The position numbers and the translations under genes were made by a program. This document shows, piece by piece, positions 7,726 through 17,239 of a stretch of 32,068 nt of DNA; the stretch's first letter is position 1, and every line of letters starts with the position of its first letter. Source of the stretch: an uncultured Gammaproteobacteria bacterium (GTDB taxonomy: Bacteria; Patescibacteriota; Patescibacteriia; UBA2591; UBA6264); the NCBI GenBank assembly GCA_964485025.1, contig CAZAGY010000001.1, forward strand, positions 1 to 32,068. Reading direction: 5' to 3'. The notes below the pieces were generated by a model that saw only the letters and a list, made by a program, of their open reading frames with translations, ran no database searches and had not been told where the DNA came from.

Positions 7726-8696
7726 CCAAAGTATTCCGCGGCAAAAGCGTAGAAAACACCTACAAACAAGCCGATAATCCCGGCAATCATCACGTTTTGT
7801 TTTCTTTTGGGGCTGATTCTCGTTTCCGGTAAAGTGGCCTCCACTTCTATTTTTGTCGGTTTGGTTTGATAGGCCTTTTCATATTCTTTTTGTTGAATTG
7901 ACTGGTTTAAAGAAATCAATCCTTGTTCCAAATCTAAAATTTGCGCTTCTTTGTTTTCTTTTTGATTTTTGACAGAAGCTAAGAGGTTAATGTAACTCTC
8001 GGCGATTCGTCCCTGTCCTTCGGTCTGAATATCGCTTCTTTTGGATATTTCCTGCTCGTATTTTTTTATGTCGGTATTTAAGCGGACGATATCGGCTTTT
8101 ATTCTTTCAATGTCCTTTTCAGTCTTTTCTTTACTTTTAACAATTGTTTCCACTTCTGATTCAAAGGTTTCTTTTGCTTCGGAAAAAAGTTTATCGTGGC
8201 GTTCAATCAGCGCGTCAGCAACCACATTAGCCACTTCAACCGATTTTTTCGGAGTTTCCGCCCGGCCCTTGATTCTTAAGAGATTAGAGCTGGCGCCCAT
8301 CGGCGATTCAATAGTGAAAAATTCTGATATAGATTCAATATTTTTATCTTCCGGCAGATTCAATTTTCCCGCGATTTCTTTTAAAATTGTTCGGCGAGCG
8401 AAAATTTCTTTAATTTCATCCGGCGTTTCCAATATTTTATCTTTACTTTTACCAATTTCAACTAAATTAATAGCTTCATAAGTCGGGGACATGAGTAAAC
8501 TGATAATCGCTGCGGCGATAACCGTGATTAAGAAGATAGCCCCGATAGCCCATTTTCTTTTAATTAAGACGTTAATATAGTCCCGCAAGTCAATTTCGTC
8601 GTCATTATAATGACCCTCCGAAGCCTTGGCGGGGGTGGACTTTTCAAGTTCCGGTTTTGGCCGATTTTGGTCAAGATGAATGTTGTAATTTTCCAT
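7701..8696 (-). CDS. wzz: Wzz-like polysaccharide co-polymerase / chain-length determinant
   Basis: The N-terminus DDEIDLRDYINVLIKRKWAIGAIFLITVIAAAIISLLMSPTYEA is a Wzz-type signature with TM1. A long coiled-coil periplasmic region follows, then a C-terminal TM (NVMIAGIIGLFVGVFYAFAAEYF). No kinase domain is present. Confidence 0.8.
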   Translation of the reverse strand: MENYNIHLDQNRPKPELEKSTPAKASEGHYNDDEIDLRDYINVLIKRKWAIGAIFLITVIAAAIISLLMSPTYEAINLVEIGKSKDKILETPDEIKEIFARRTILKEIAGKLNLPEDKNIESISEFFTIESPMGASSNLLRIKGRAETPKKSVEVANVVADALIERHDKLFSEAKETFESEVETIVKSKEKTEKDIERIKADIVRLNTDIKKYEQEISKRSDIQTEGQGRIAESYINLLASVKNQKENKEAQILDLEQGLISLNQSIQQKEYEKAYQTKPTKIEVEATLPETRISPKRKQNVMIAGIIGLFVGVFYAFAAEYFGKESRVIG

Positions 8697-8805
8697 ATCT
8701 TTATATATTTTATATTTATTTAATTATTCGTTTATTATATCATTTTTATAAGATATTTCAACCCAAGCACCCAATCCCCAAGTACCGGAGTACCCAATCT
8801 ATGCT

Positions 8806-10683
8806 TTAATGTTCCAATGTTCCTCGTATCGGCACTAAATCGTTTAGTGTTTTGATTAAGGCTTCTTTGTCGTTCTTTTCCAACCCTTGTTGAAATTCTT
8901 TCAGGCTGTTTAAGAGTTTTTGTTCGTCAATATCAGAGAGTTTGGCAATGAATATTTTTTCGTTCTTGGTGGGAATTTCGTTTTTAGTCAGGATTTCCTC
9001 AAACAGTTTTTCGCCGGGCCGGACGCCGGTGAAAACAATAGGAATATCCACATCCGGTCGATAACCGGCCAAACGGATCATTTCTTTGGCCAAATCAACG
9101 ATTTTAATCGGTTTACCCATATCCAGGACGAAAACTTCGCCGCCTTGGCCGATGGCTCCGGCTTGCATGACCAATAGGCATGCTTCGGCCGTAATCATGA
9201 AATATCTTTTCATTTCCTGGTCAGTTACTTCCACCGGCCCGCCTTTTTCAATTTGTTTTTTAAACACCGGCACCACGCTGCCTTGGCTGCCTAAAACATT
9301 GCCGAATCTGACAGCGCAGAATTTTGTTTTGTTTTGCTTATTAAGCCAGACGCAGACCATCTCGCAGACTCTTTTGCTGGCGCCCATAATGGAAGTGGGG
9401 TTAATGGCCTTGTCCGTGGAAATCATGACGAATTTTTCCACCTGGTGCTTTAGGGCATTTTGCCCCAGGTTTAAAGTTCCGAAAATGTTATTTTTTATCG
9501 CTTCGTCCGGATTTTCTTCCATTAAGGGAACGTGTTTATAGGCGGCGGCGTGAAAAATGACCTGAGGCTTAAGGTTTTCAAAGATTTTGTCAATTTTATT
9601 CACATCGTAGATATCAGCGATGATAAACGTCTTCTTTATTTGCGGAGATAATTTATTTAAGTCTTTTTCCAGATAAAAAGTGCCGGTTTCACTTTGGTCC
9701 AGAGTAATTAAATGTCGGGGTTGGAATTTTAAAATCTGTTTACAAAGGTCGGAGCCGATTGACCCGGCGGCCCCGGTGACCAGAATGGTTTTATCGGTAA
9801 TATAGTTTTGAATTGATTGCATGTCTATTTCCACCGGATTTCGTCCCAGTAAGTCTTCAATTGATATTTCCCTTAAATGGCTTAAACTGATTTTTTCCGC
9901 CAGAATTTCCTTGGTGCTGGGCAATATTTTTATTTTTTCCACTCCGGCGACTCTGGCCAAAGATACGGTCTGGCGGATTGTTTTTTGGCTGGCGGAGGGC
10001 AGAGCGATGAATATTTCTTTAACTCCGTATTTTTGGATTATCCCCGGAAGGTCGTCTTTTTTACCCAAAACTTTAATGCCGTGGATTAAAATCCCTTGTT
10101 TCATGTAGTCGTCGTCAATAAAGCCGATAGGGGAATAAATGGTTTCTTTTGAAGAAAGAATATGCCTGACTAATTGTTCACCGGCTTCGCCGGCGCCGAT
10201 TATCAGGACCGGTTTGCCGATTATTTTTTTACCATTGCGGTTAAGGCTGATTTTAAAGCCGTGAAGATAGATTCTTTTGGAGAAACGGAAACCGCCGACC
10301 AATAGAAAGCTTAAAAATCCGGAAATGAAGATGATGGAGCGGGGAAAGCCCTCAAAAACCGGAAAATGGCGGATGATAAACATAACTGCGCCGACTGACA
10401 AAAAACCGGCAATAATTCCCCGGGCAACCCTTAAAAGCTCGCGGACGCTGATATATGACCAGGAAATGGAGTACAAATGTTCCAATAAGAAGAAAAAAAT
10501 GGTCAGGGGTACGGCCAGGGCGATAAAGCTTTTAATCATCGGCCAGTAATGAGAGGGGATTTGGCCGTCAAAACGCAATAAAAATCCCAGGACGCAGGAC
10601 AGGGAAATTAAGACAACGTCGCCAAAAATGAACAACAGTATTCGTTTGAAATTGGTTTTTTTAAATATTTTAGATACTAACAT
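8806..10683 (-). CDS. capD: Membrane-bound nucleotide-sugar 4,6-dehydratase (CapD/PglF/WbpM family)
   Basis: Four N-terminal TM segments are followed by two Rossmann motifs (IIGAGEAGEQL; VTGAAGSIGSDL). It also has FHAAAYKHVPLME, ISTDKAINPTSIMGASKR and RFGNVLGSQGSVVP, which are typical of this family. Confidence 0.9.
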   Translation of the reverse strand: MLVSKIFKKTNFKRILLFIFGDVVLISLSCVLGFLLRFDGQIPSHYWPMIKSFIALAVPLTIFFFLLEHLYSISWSYISVRELLRVARGIIAGFLSVGAVMFIIRHFPVFEGFPRSIIFISGFLSFLLVGGFRFSKRIYLHGFKISLNRNGKKIIGKPVLIIGAGEAGEQLVRHILSSKETIYSPIGFIDDDYMKQGILIHGIKVLGKKDDLPGIIQKYGVKEIFIALPSASQKTIRQTVSLARVAGVEKIKILPSTKEILAEKISLSHLREISIEDLLGRNPVEIDMQSIQNYITDKTILVTGAAGSIGSDLCKQILKFQPRHLITLDQSETGTFYLEKDLNKLSPQIKKTFIIADIYDVNKIDKIFENLKPQVIFHAAAYKHVPLMEENPDEAIKNNIFGTLNLGQNALKHQVEKFVMISTDKAINPTSIMGASKRVCEMVCVWLNKQNKTKFCAVRFGNVLGSQGSVVPVFKKQIEKGGPVEVTDQEMKRYFMITAEACLLVMQAGAIGQGGEVFVLDMGKPIKIVDLAKEMIRLAGYRPDVDIPIVFTGVRPGEKLFEEILTKNEIPTKNEKIFIAKLSDIDEQKLLNSLKEFQQGLEKNDKEALIKTLNDLVPIRGTLEH

Positions 10684-10764
10684 TTATGTCTAATATTAGC
10701 GGCGACTGGAGATAATACTTAGCATTTTATCATATTAAAAATTATCGGCGAATCTTAAATAATA

Positions 10765-11367
10765 TCATATTTTACTTAAAACGGCTTTTTTTAGTTTGGA
10801 AAATTGATGTTGATTTAGATTTAATTCAGAAACCTCAGTTGTTGTTTTTAATAATTTTTTTAAATCGTCAACAAAATTTTGTTTTTTTTGTGTTTTCAAA
10901 ATTTTTAAATAGAAGTTAAAGTCAAAATTTTGCCGGAGCATGCTAATAATGTCAATTTTATCTTTTTCCCCTTTAGTAGACCCAACGCGGTCTTGGAAAG
11001 CATGTTGTTTTAAAACCATTAAAATTTCCATTTTAGGGACTGTGAAACCGGAATGTTTAACAGTATTTTTTTGTATTTCGTCATAAGGGATTCCTAAATC
11101 GGAAAAAAACGGCAGATAAATATCAATATCGGTATTATCTTGTTTAATTTCATATTTCTTTAATCTTTGGTTTTTGATCAAATCGTAATTTTTCCGTAAT
11201 TTCTCTAATTCTTGATAATCGCAGATAAAATCAATATCTTTTGATTTTAACCCATTTGTGTAAATAAAAACAGCCCATCCGCCAATTAAAATGAATTTAT
11301 ATTTATTCTTTAAGTCTTGAAGGGTTTTCCAGCTTTTTCCGGTTATTAAGTTATGGTAAAAAGACAT
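10765..11367 (-). CDS. Minimal Pol-beta-superfamily nucleotidyltransferase (putative toxin/effector of a two-gene module)
   Basis: It has the NTase signature ILIGGWAVFIYTNGLKSKDIDFI (GG...x...DxD), a second acidic cluster NTDIDIY, and a C-terminal KGEKDKIDIISML (KD..D) motif as in AbiEii/DUF-type NTases. It starts 3 nt after the upstream wHTH gene. Confidence 0.65.
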   Translation of the reverse strand: MSFYHNLITGKSWKTLQDLKNKYKFILIGGWAVFIYTNGLKSKDIDFICDYQELEKLRKNYDLIKNQRLKKYEIKQDNTDIDIYLPFFSDLGIPYDEIQKNTVKHSGFTVPKMEILMVLKQHAFQDRVGSTKGEKDKIDIISMLRQNFDFNFYLKILKTQKKQNFVDDLKKLLKTTTEVSELNLNQHQFSKLKKAVLSKI

Positions 11368-11369
11368 AA

Positions 11370-11957
11370 TTAGATATTAATTTTGTTTTTTAAGGCATTT
11401 AGAAAATCCTGCGCATACCATTCCCCGACATTCCATAAATCAACAAAGGTTTGGCACAAAGGAGTGGTTTCTCCGTAATTACGCAAGAATTTATCTTGTT
11501 TTATAACAATTAAGTTTGGATAGCCCTTTTTTGAGGGAAATCTTTTTTTTATTTCCTCCAATTCTTTTTCCTTTGAATAGATGTAAATTTTATCATAATC
11601 GGCGGGTTGATCGTCAAAGCGCTGATTATAAGCAGTGTAAAGGCCGTAAATTATTTTAGGAGGCATTAAGGCTTCAATTTTTTTAGGAGGTAAATCAACT
11701 TTCGTTTGATAAATTATATCTTTTTTTAAATTTCTATAAGTGGCCCAGAGATATAAGAATTTTTCCCTATTTATTATTCGGAAATTTCGACTATTAACTT
11801 CAATAATTTTTAATTGGCGGGGGACTTTCAGCGCATTAAAAACAGTGCTTAAAGAAATAGAAAATTTTTGGGCTAATTCTTTTTGGGTAAATTGCTCAAT
11901 ATTTTTTTCAATAGTTTGATAAAGGATTTCTCTCCAGATTATTTCTTTTTTATTCAT
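11370..11957 (-). CDS. Winged-HTH regulator, AbiEi-like putative antitoxin
   Basis: The N-terminal HTH is FTQKELAQKFSISLSTVFNALKVPRQLKIIEV. The C-terminal domain ends ...PLCQTFVDLWNVGEWYAQDFLNAL, resembling the AbiEi/COG5340 C-terminal pattern (...e.tl.Dl...). It is tightly coupled to the NTase gene. This assignment comes from pattern memory, not a search. Confidence 0.55.
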   Translation of the reverse strand: MNKKEIIWREILYQTIEKNIEQFTQKELAQKFSISLSTVFNALKVPRQLKIIEVNSRNFRIINREKFLYLWATYRNLKKDIIYQTKVDLPPKKIEALMPPKIIYGLYTAYNQRFDDQPADYDKIYIYSKEKELEEIKKRFPSKKGYPNLIVIKQDKFLRNYGETTPLCQTFVDLWNVGEWYAQDFLNALKNKINI

Positions 11958-12122
11958 TTCGATTTTCTTTAATAAATATATAGCTCATTTCTATAATAAT
12001 CGAAACGAGATATTAGTCAACCCGGTTAGAAACTATATCTGTGGATAACATAAAATATACAGGTGAAACCTGTATAATCGTGAAAAACTATTTTTTGGTA
12101 TTAGATTTTTTATTTCACAAAA

Positions 12123-12221
12123 TGGCCGTCAAAACGCAATAAAAATCCCAGGACGCGGGACAGGGAAATCAAGACAACGTCACCGAATAAAAACAGCAGT
12201 ATTTGTTTGAAGTTGGTTTTT
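12123..12221 (-). pseudogene. Remnant of a capD 5' end (codons 9-41), lacking a start codon
   Basis: A 99-nt ungapped match to 10562-10660 has 10 mismatches. It translates as KTNFKQILLFLFGDVVLISLSRVLGFLLRFDG, versus KTNFKRILLFIFGDVVLISLSCVLGFLLRFDG in the intact gene. Similarity stops abruptly at 12122/12123. Confidence 0.85.
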
Positions 12222-12222
12222 C

Positions 12223-13428
12223 TCAGAACTTCATTACGGCATCAATTAGATTCTTAATGACGTAATTAATCTGATTTTTTTTCAAGTTACTATAGAAAGG
12301 AAGGGCAATAGTTCGGTCGGAAACATCTTCGGCAATCGGGAATTCTCCGCCCTTATAACCGAACAAGTTCTTATAAAACGGCTGTAAGTGAATACATTGA
12401 AAATAGTTACTGCATTGAATTCCCTTTTCCCTTAGTTTTTGCATTATTTTGTCTCTATCTTTGCGAGTGTATTTTTCAGCCAATTGAATTACATAAACAA
12501 ACCAAGATATTTTAGCTTGCCCCGCATTAAGCTTGCTTTGGTGCGGGACCCAAGGGGATTGGAAGGGGAGAGTAATTTTACCTTGTTTTGATAAATTCGC
12601 AAGTTTATTATTATACATTTTTGCCACCTTATTTCTTTTTCCAAGAATTTCCTTAATTCGGGATAATTGAGCTACGCCCAAAGCTGCGTTGATATCGCTC
12701 ATGCGGTAGTTATAACCCAACTGGACGTGTTCTAACCATTTATTCCCGTCAACTTTCCGTCCTTGATTCATCATGCTGCGGCAATTATCGGCAATGTCTT
12801 TATTATTAGTGACAATCATTCCGCCCTCCCCGGTAGTCATAGGTTTATTTGGATAAAATGAAAAAACTGCTGCATCGCCAAATGCCCCGCATTTCCGCCA
12901 CAACAGGTCGTTCCTGCCCTTAGGCAGGTGCGACCTGCCAGAGGAATATTCTGCCCCTAACGCTTCGCAAGAATCTTCAATCACTTTCAAATTATGTTTC
13001 TTGGCGATTTTTAAAATAGAGTCCCAATCAGCCGGATGGCCAAAAATATCAACAATCACCAAAGCTTTTGTTCGTTTAGTAATTGTTTTTTCAATTTTAT
13101 TCGGGTCAATGTTTAAGGTTAGGGGATCAATGTCTACAAAAATAGGCTTAGCGCCTTCGTATAGAGCACAATTGGCAGTAGCAATGAAACTGAAAGGTGT
13201 GGTGATTATTTCGCCCCCATTTTTAATACCAAGGGCTCTAATAAGTAGGTGTAATCCGGATGTGCCGGAGTTTACGGCTATGGCGTATTTAACCCCGATA
13301 TATTTGGTAAAATTATCCTCAAATTCCTTTAATTTTGGTCCTAAAGCCAAATTAGGCGTTTTTAAAACGTTTACTACGCTGTTTATTTCCTTTTGCGTAA
13401 TGTCCGGTTGTGATAAGGGAATGATCAT
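12223..13428 (-). CDS. DegT/DnrJ/EryC1/StrS-family PLP sugar aminotransferase
   Basis: Family motifs are present: AIAVNSGTSGLHL, VIEDSCEALGAEY, FSFYPNKPMTTGEGGM (PLP-lysine region) and ALPFYSNL. It carries two short insertions relative to the paralogue at 22499..23629. Confidence 0.9.
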   Translation of the reverse strand: MIIPLSQPDITQKEINSVVNVLKTPNLALGPKLKEFEDNFTKYIGVKYAIAVNSGTSGLHLLIRALGIKNGGEIITTPFSFIATANCALYEGAKPIFVDIDPLTLNIDPNKIEKTITKRTKALVIVDIFGHPADWDSILKIAKKHNLKVIEDSCEALGAEYSSGRSHLPKGRNDLLWRKCGAFGDAAVFSFYPNKPMTTGEGGMIVTNNKDIADNCRSMMNQGRKVDGNKWLEHVQLGYNYRMSDINAALGVAQLSRIKEILGKRNKVAKMYNNKLANLSKQGKITLPFQSPWVPHQSKLNAGQAKISWFVYVIQLAEKYTRKDRDKIMQKLREKGIQCSNYFQCIHLQPFYKNLFGYKGGEFPIAEDVSDRTIALPFYSNLKKNQINYVIKNLIDAVMKF

Positions 13429-14369
13429 AAATTATAGATTAAGATGCCTGATATTACTATTATACTTTGAATAAAGCAGCAAATCAAGACTGTTTTTTTA
13501 ATTGATAATCCTTTTAAGTGTAAGCGGTCGTATAAATGTCCTCGGTCGCCCAAAAGCGGGGATTGTCCATGACCGACTCGGCGGATAATTGCCCAACTGG
13601 CGTCAAAAATTGGCAAACCAATAATTAGGATTGGACCAATAAATTGCTTGATGTTATATAAAGGATGCCCAGTAAATGTAATTGCCAAAATAGCCAGTAA
13701 AAATCCTAAAAAATGACTGCCATTGTCGCCCATAAAGATTGAGGCCGGATTCCAATTATAAACCAAAAAACCGATAATTCCGCCCAATAGACTTAAAGAT
13801 AATATTAAACCAAAAATATTGTTTTGTATCGCCGACAGAATAGCAAAGCCGGTCAAAGAAACAACAGTTACACCGCCGGCCAAGCCGTCCATTCCATCTT
13901 GCATATTTAAGGCGTTCATAGCGCCGACAACATAAAAGCCGGCGATTAAGGCGGCTAAAATCGGATAAATGGAAAAATTAAAATTAACCCCGATTTTTAT
14001 CAAAATAAGCACGATGACGGTTCCGGCTAAAAGTTGGCAAAATAATTTGAGAAAAGGGCTGCCAAATTTTTTCCATTTTAAATCGTCCCAAAAACCCAAA
14101 AGTAAAATGACAATACTGCCGATTAAAAGGCCGAGAGATTGAAGACCTGATATTTGGTGAAATATTCGAGCTATGGCCAACCCGGCGCCGAACCCTATAA
14201 AAATACCAATTCCGCCAAGATAGGGGATGGGCTTTTGATGAATTTTCAAAGCGTCTCCCGCCGGGTTATCATAAAGGAGATATTTTATGGAAAATCTTTT
14301 AAGTAAAGGAATAAAGATAAGAGAGAAAGTAAAAGCGATTAAAATGGAAGAAAGTAGTAATAAATTCAT
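13425..14369 (-). CDS. Polyprenyl-phosphate HexNAc-1-phosphate transferase (MraY/WecA/WbpL family, GT4 superfamily)
   Basis: It is a polytopic membrane protein with NALNMQDGMDGLAGG (the DGxDGLA motif) and FMGDNGSHFLGF. It overlaps both neighbours by 4 nt (ATGA). Confidence 0.9.
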   Translation of the reverse strand: MNLLLLSSILIAFTFSLIFIPLLKRFSIKYLLYDNPAGDALKIHQKPIPYLGGIGIFIGFGAGLAIARIFHQISGLQSLGLLIGSIVILLLGFWDDLKWKKFGSPFLKLFCQLLAGTVIVLILIKIGVNFNFSIYPILAALIAGFYVVGAMNALNMQDGMDGLAGGVTVVSLTGFAILSAIQNNIFGLILSLSLLGGIIGFLVYNWNPASIFMGDNGSHFLGFLLAILAITFTGHPLYNIKQFIGPILIIGLPIFDASWAIIRRVGHGQSPLLGDRGHLYDRLHLKGLSIKKTVLICCFIQSIIVISGILIYNL

Positions 14370-15361
14370 TTTTTTATTTTAAAATAAGTTAAAATTCCCC
14401 AAACAGATCCGAATCCGTAACAAAAGTGTAGGGTAAAAAAGAAAACAGGAAGTAATAGAAAATATTTTAACCCGTTTTTTTTGGCGATTTTGAAAGAAAA
14501 AAATAAATTGCCGGCAATATATGGAAAAACAATTAAAAATAAAAGCCATTTTCCTATTGGGTTAATAAAAAAAATTAAGACACTTCCTAATAAACCAACA
14601 ACAAAACAAAGAGGAGCAAAATGTCTTAGGTGGAGAGAGCCAGGAACTAATCTAGAGGTATAAACATTCCACAAGCCATTAGAAAAACCTTGTTTAGCAA
14701 ATTTAACAAAGGAATCAGAACAATGATAATATGATTTTATTTCTGGGGTCATAAAGATTTTACCCCCGTTTTTTATCAAACGAGTATTAAATTCAATATC
14801 GTGATTGCGAATTAATTTTTCGTTAAATAATCCGATTTTATTAAAAATATTTTTTCGATAGGCTCCATAAGCAACCGTATCCACATATTCTTCTTTTTGT
14901 GAATAACGAAAATTAGCCCCTCCGACCCCAAAAGGCGAGCCGAGGATAAAAGAAATAATTCTTCCAATAAATGATTCGCCAATAGTTTCAATTGGTCCAC
15001 CAACGCAATCAGCCTGAGTTTTTTCTAAATATTCAACATTTTTAGCAATAAAATTTTTATCTACGAAGCTGTGAGCGCCTAAAAATATAATTATTTCTCC
15101 TTTAGCTTTCTTTATCCCCAAATTGAAACCAAAAGAATTGAATTTTTTATGATTGTCTAAGAGTTCAATTTGATAATGGGAATTAGAGGTTTGAAATTTT
15201 TTGATTATTTCCTTAGTGTTGTCCGTACTTACTCCATCAACAACAATGATTTCAAAATTTTCTTTTGGATAATTCTGATTAATTAAAGAATAAAGACACT
15301 TTTCTATGTGTTTTTCTTCATTTCTACAAGCAATGATAGTTGAGACAAAGGAATTAATCAT
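14366..15361 (-). CDS. Family 2 glycosyltransferase with C-terminal membrane segments
   Basis: It has the GT-A N-terminus VSTIIACRNEEKHIEKCLYSLINQNYPKENFEIIVVDGVSTDNT and an ...HDIEFN (DxD-like) region. The C-terminus has 3-4 TM helices. Confidence 0.85.
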   Translation of the reverse strand: MINSFVSTIIACRNEEKHIEKCLYSLINQNYPKENFEIIVVDGVSTDNTKEIIKKFQTSNSHYQIELLDNHKKFNSFGFNLGIKKAKGEIIIFLGAHSFVDKNFIAKNVEYLEKTQADCVGGPIETIGESFIGRIISFILGSPFGVGGANFRYSQKEEYVDTVAYGAYRKNIFNKIGLFNEKLIRNHDIEFNTRLIKNGGKIFMTPEIKSYYHCSDSFVKFAKQGFSNGLWNVYTSRLVPGSLHLRHFAPLCFVVGLLGSVLIFFINPIGKWLLFLIVFPYIAGNLFFSFKIAKKNGLKYFLLLPVFFFTLHFCYGFGSVWGILTYFKIKK

Positions 15362-15370
15362 AACAAATTT

Positions 15371-17233
15371 TTATTTATTCAAAATAAATTTTCTGCCCCA
15401 TAATTCTAAAATGAAAAATCTGAAAAATAGATTACTGGCATAAACCGACCACCCCGATCTATATTTTTTAAAACGATCTAACAATTTTTTAATGTCAATG
15501 TAATTTGAGAGGAAAGAAGCGTTTCTAAAGACAGAATCAATATCTGTATAAATTATTTTTTTAAACCAAATATCTTCGGGAGTATCGAAGCCCAATTTAT
15601 TTTTTCTCAATCTTATTTTTTTCGGCAAAATTCCCTTCATCGCATTTCTTAAGACAAACCTAGTCCAGCCATTCCGCATCTTTTGATTAAGCGGGAGAGC
15701 AGATATAAATTCTACTAATTGATAATCTAAAAACGGTACCCTGGCCTCAATGGCAAAAGCCATTGAATTTTTATCTTCATAACGTAAGAGCACCGGTAAA
15801 CTCCAAGAGGTAAAGTCCCTTTTAATGCGCCCCCCAATATTATTTTGATAACCAAAGGTTAGATTTTGTTCGTTAAATTTATTTAAAAATTGCGGATTGA
15901 ATAGGGTGTCTAATTTTAATAAATTTTTTCCTATTCTGAAATATTTTAATCCCTGCTTAATGTTTAAGGTTTTTAAAATATCAATTGACGAAAAGAACTT
16001 CGCGCACTCATTAATAAATAAAAGATATCGGCGGTTCTGCAGAAGTTTTTGTAAATAAAAGATATAAAATTTTCTGTAACCACACAACATTTCATCACCT
16101 CCTTGTCCATCCAATAAAACTTTAATTTTCTTATTCGCCATTTCCATTACTTTCCACTGAGCGTAAATACTAGTACTGGCGAAAGGTTCTTCTTGGTGCC
16201 AAAGTAATTTATCTAAATCTTGTAAAAATTTTGTTGGCTTAGGAAAAACATAATTTTTTTCGGCGCCAGTTTGCTTAATTATTTGTTTGATATATTTTCT
16301 CTCGTCAAAACGTTTTGTTTTAAAACAAGCAGAAAACGTTTTTTGTTTTTCTCCAATATTCAATATTTTTTCTTTTTTTAATAAATTATTAACCACACAA
16401 ACTATTGAAGAAGAATCTAAACCCCCTGAGAGACAAGAGCCAATTGGCACATCGCTTCTTAGGCGAATTTTTACCGCATTAATAAATAACTTGCGAAAAT
16501 TTTCGGCGCATTTTTGGTCAGAAGATAAATTATTAATTTCATCAGAAACATTAAAATCCCAGTAATTTTTTATAGTTACTAGCTCGTTATGTTTAATTTT
16601 TAACCAAGAGGCGGCGGGTAATTTTTTAATATTTTTGAAAAATGTTTCATCGGTATGATCTAAAATTCCAAATTTCAAGAAATCATAAATTAATTTATCA
16701 TTCGGCTCTCTGTGAATATTGTATTCTAAAATTGCTTTTATTTCCGAGGCAAAAATAAATTTTTCGTTATCATTATAATAATAAAATGGTTTAATACCAA
16801 ATCTATCTCGGCTACAAAAAAGTTCTTGTTTTTTATTATCCCAAATAGCAAAAGCCCACATTCCATTAAATTTTTTAACGCAGTCGGCTCCCCATTCCTC
16901 ATAAGCGTGGATAATAATCTCAGTATCAGTGTTTGATCTAAAGTGATGTTTTAGTTTTTTTAATTCGTAGCGGATCTCCAGATAGTTATATATTTCGCCG
17001 TTATAGGTAATCCAAATAGTTTTATCTTCGTTAGTCATCGGTTGATGGCCAAGGGGAGATAAATCAATAATTGAAAGGCGACGGTGTCCCAAACCCAGTT
17101 TTTTATTAGGCGATAAATAAATACCGGCGTCGTCTGGTCCGCGGTGAACCATTGTATCGCGCGCTTTAATTAAAGTTGGTTCATTCACCAACAGGTTGTT
17201 TTTATAATAAAAAATTCCAACTATTCCGCACAT
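15371..17233 (-). CDS. asnB: Glutamine-hydrolysing asparagine synthase-like amidotransferase (AsnB/WbpS type)
   Basis: The N-terminal nucleophile MCGIVGIF and the Ntn glutaminase domain (HRGPDD, RLSIIDL) are present. The synthetase domain has the PP-loop SCLSGGLDSS. Confidence 0.9.
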   Translation of the reverse strand: MCGIVGIFYYKNNLLVNEPTLIKARDTMVHRGPDDAGIYLSPNKKLGLGHRRLSIIDLSPLGHQPMTNEDKTIWITYNGEIYNYLEIRYELKKLKHHFRSNTDTEIIIHAYEEWGADCVKKFNGMWAFAIWDNKKQELFCSRDRFGIKPFYYYNDNEKFIFASEIKAILEYNIHREPNDKLIYDFLKFGILDHTDETFFKNIKKLPAASWLKIKHNELVTIKNYWDFNVSDEINNLSSDQKCAENFRKLFINAVKIRLRSDVPIGSCLSGGLDSSSIVCVVNNLLKKEKILNIGEKQKTFSACFKTKRFDERKYIKQIIKQTGAEKNYVFPKPTKFLQDLDKLLWHQEEPFASTSIYAQWKVMEMANKKIKVLLDGQGGDEMLCGYRKFYIFYLQKLLQNRRYLLFINECAKFFSSIDILKTLNIKQGLKYFRIGKNLLKLDTLFNPQFLNKFNEQNLTFGYQNNIGGRIKRDFTSWSLPVLLRYEDKNSMAFAIEARVPFLDYQLVEFISALPLNQKMRNGWTRFVLRNAMKGILPKKIRLRKNKLGFDTPEDIWFKKIIYTDIDSVFRNASFLSNYIDIKKLLDRFKKYRSGWSVYASNLFFRFFILELWGRKFILNK

Positions 17234-17239
17234 AAAATT

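Noticed and set aside
12223-12225. Possible UGA recoding (code 4 or 25), as in some candidate-phyla lineages.
   Set aside because: TGA terminates the full-length aminotransferase at a position matching family length. No recognisable gene is interrupted by in-frame TGA, so the standard code 11 fits.
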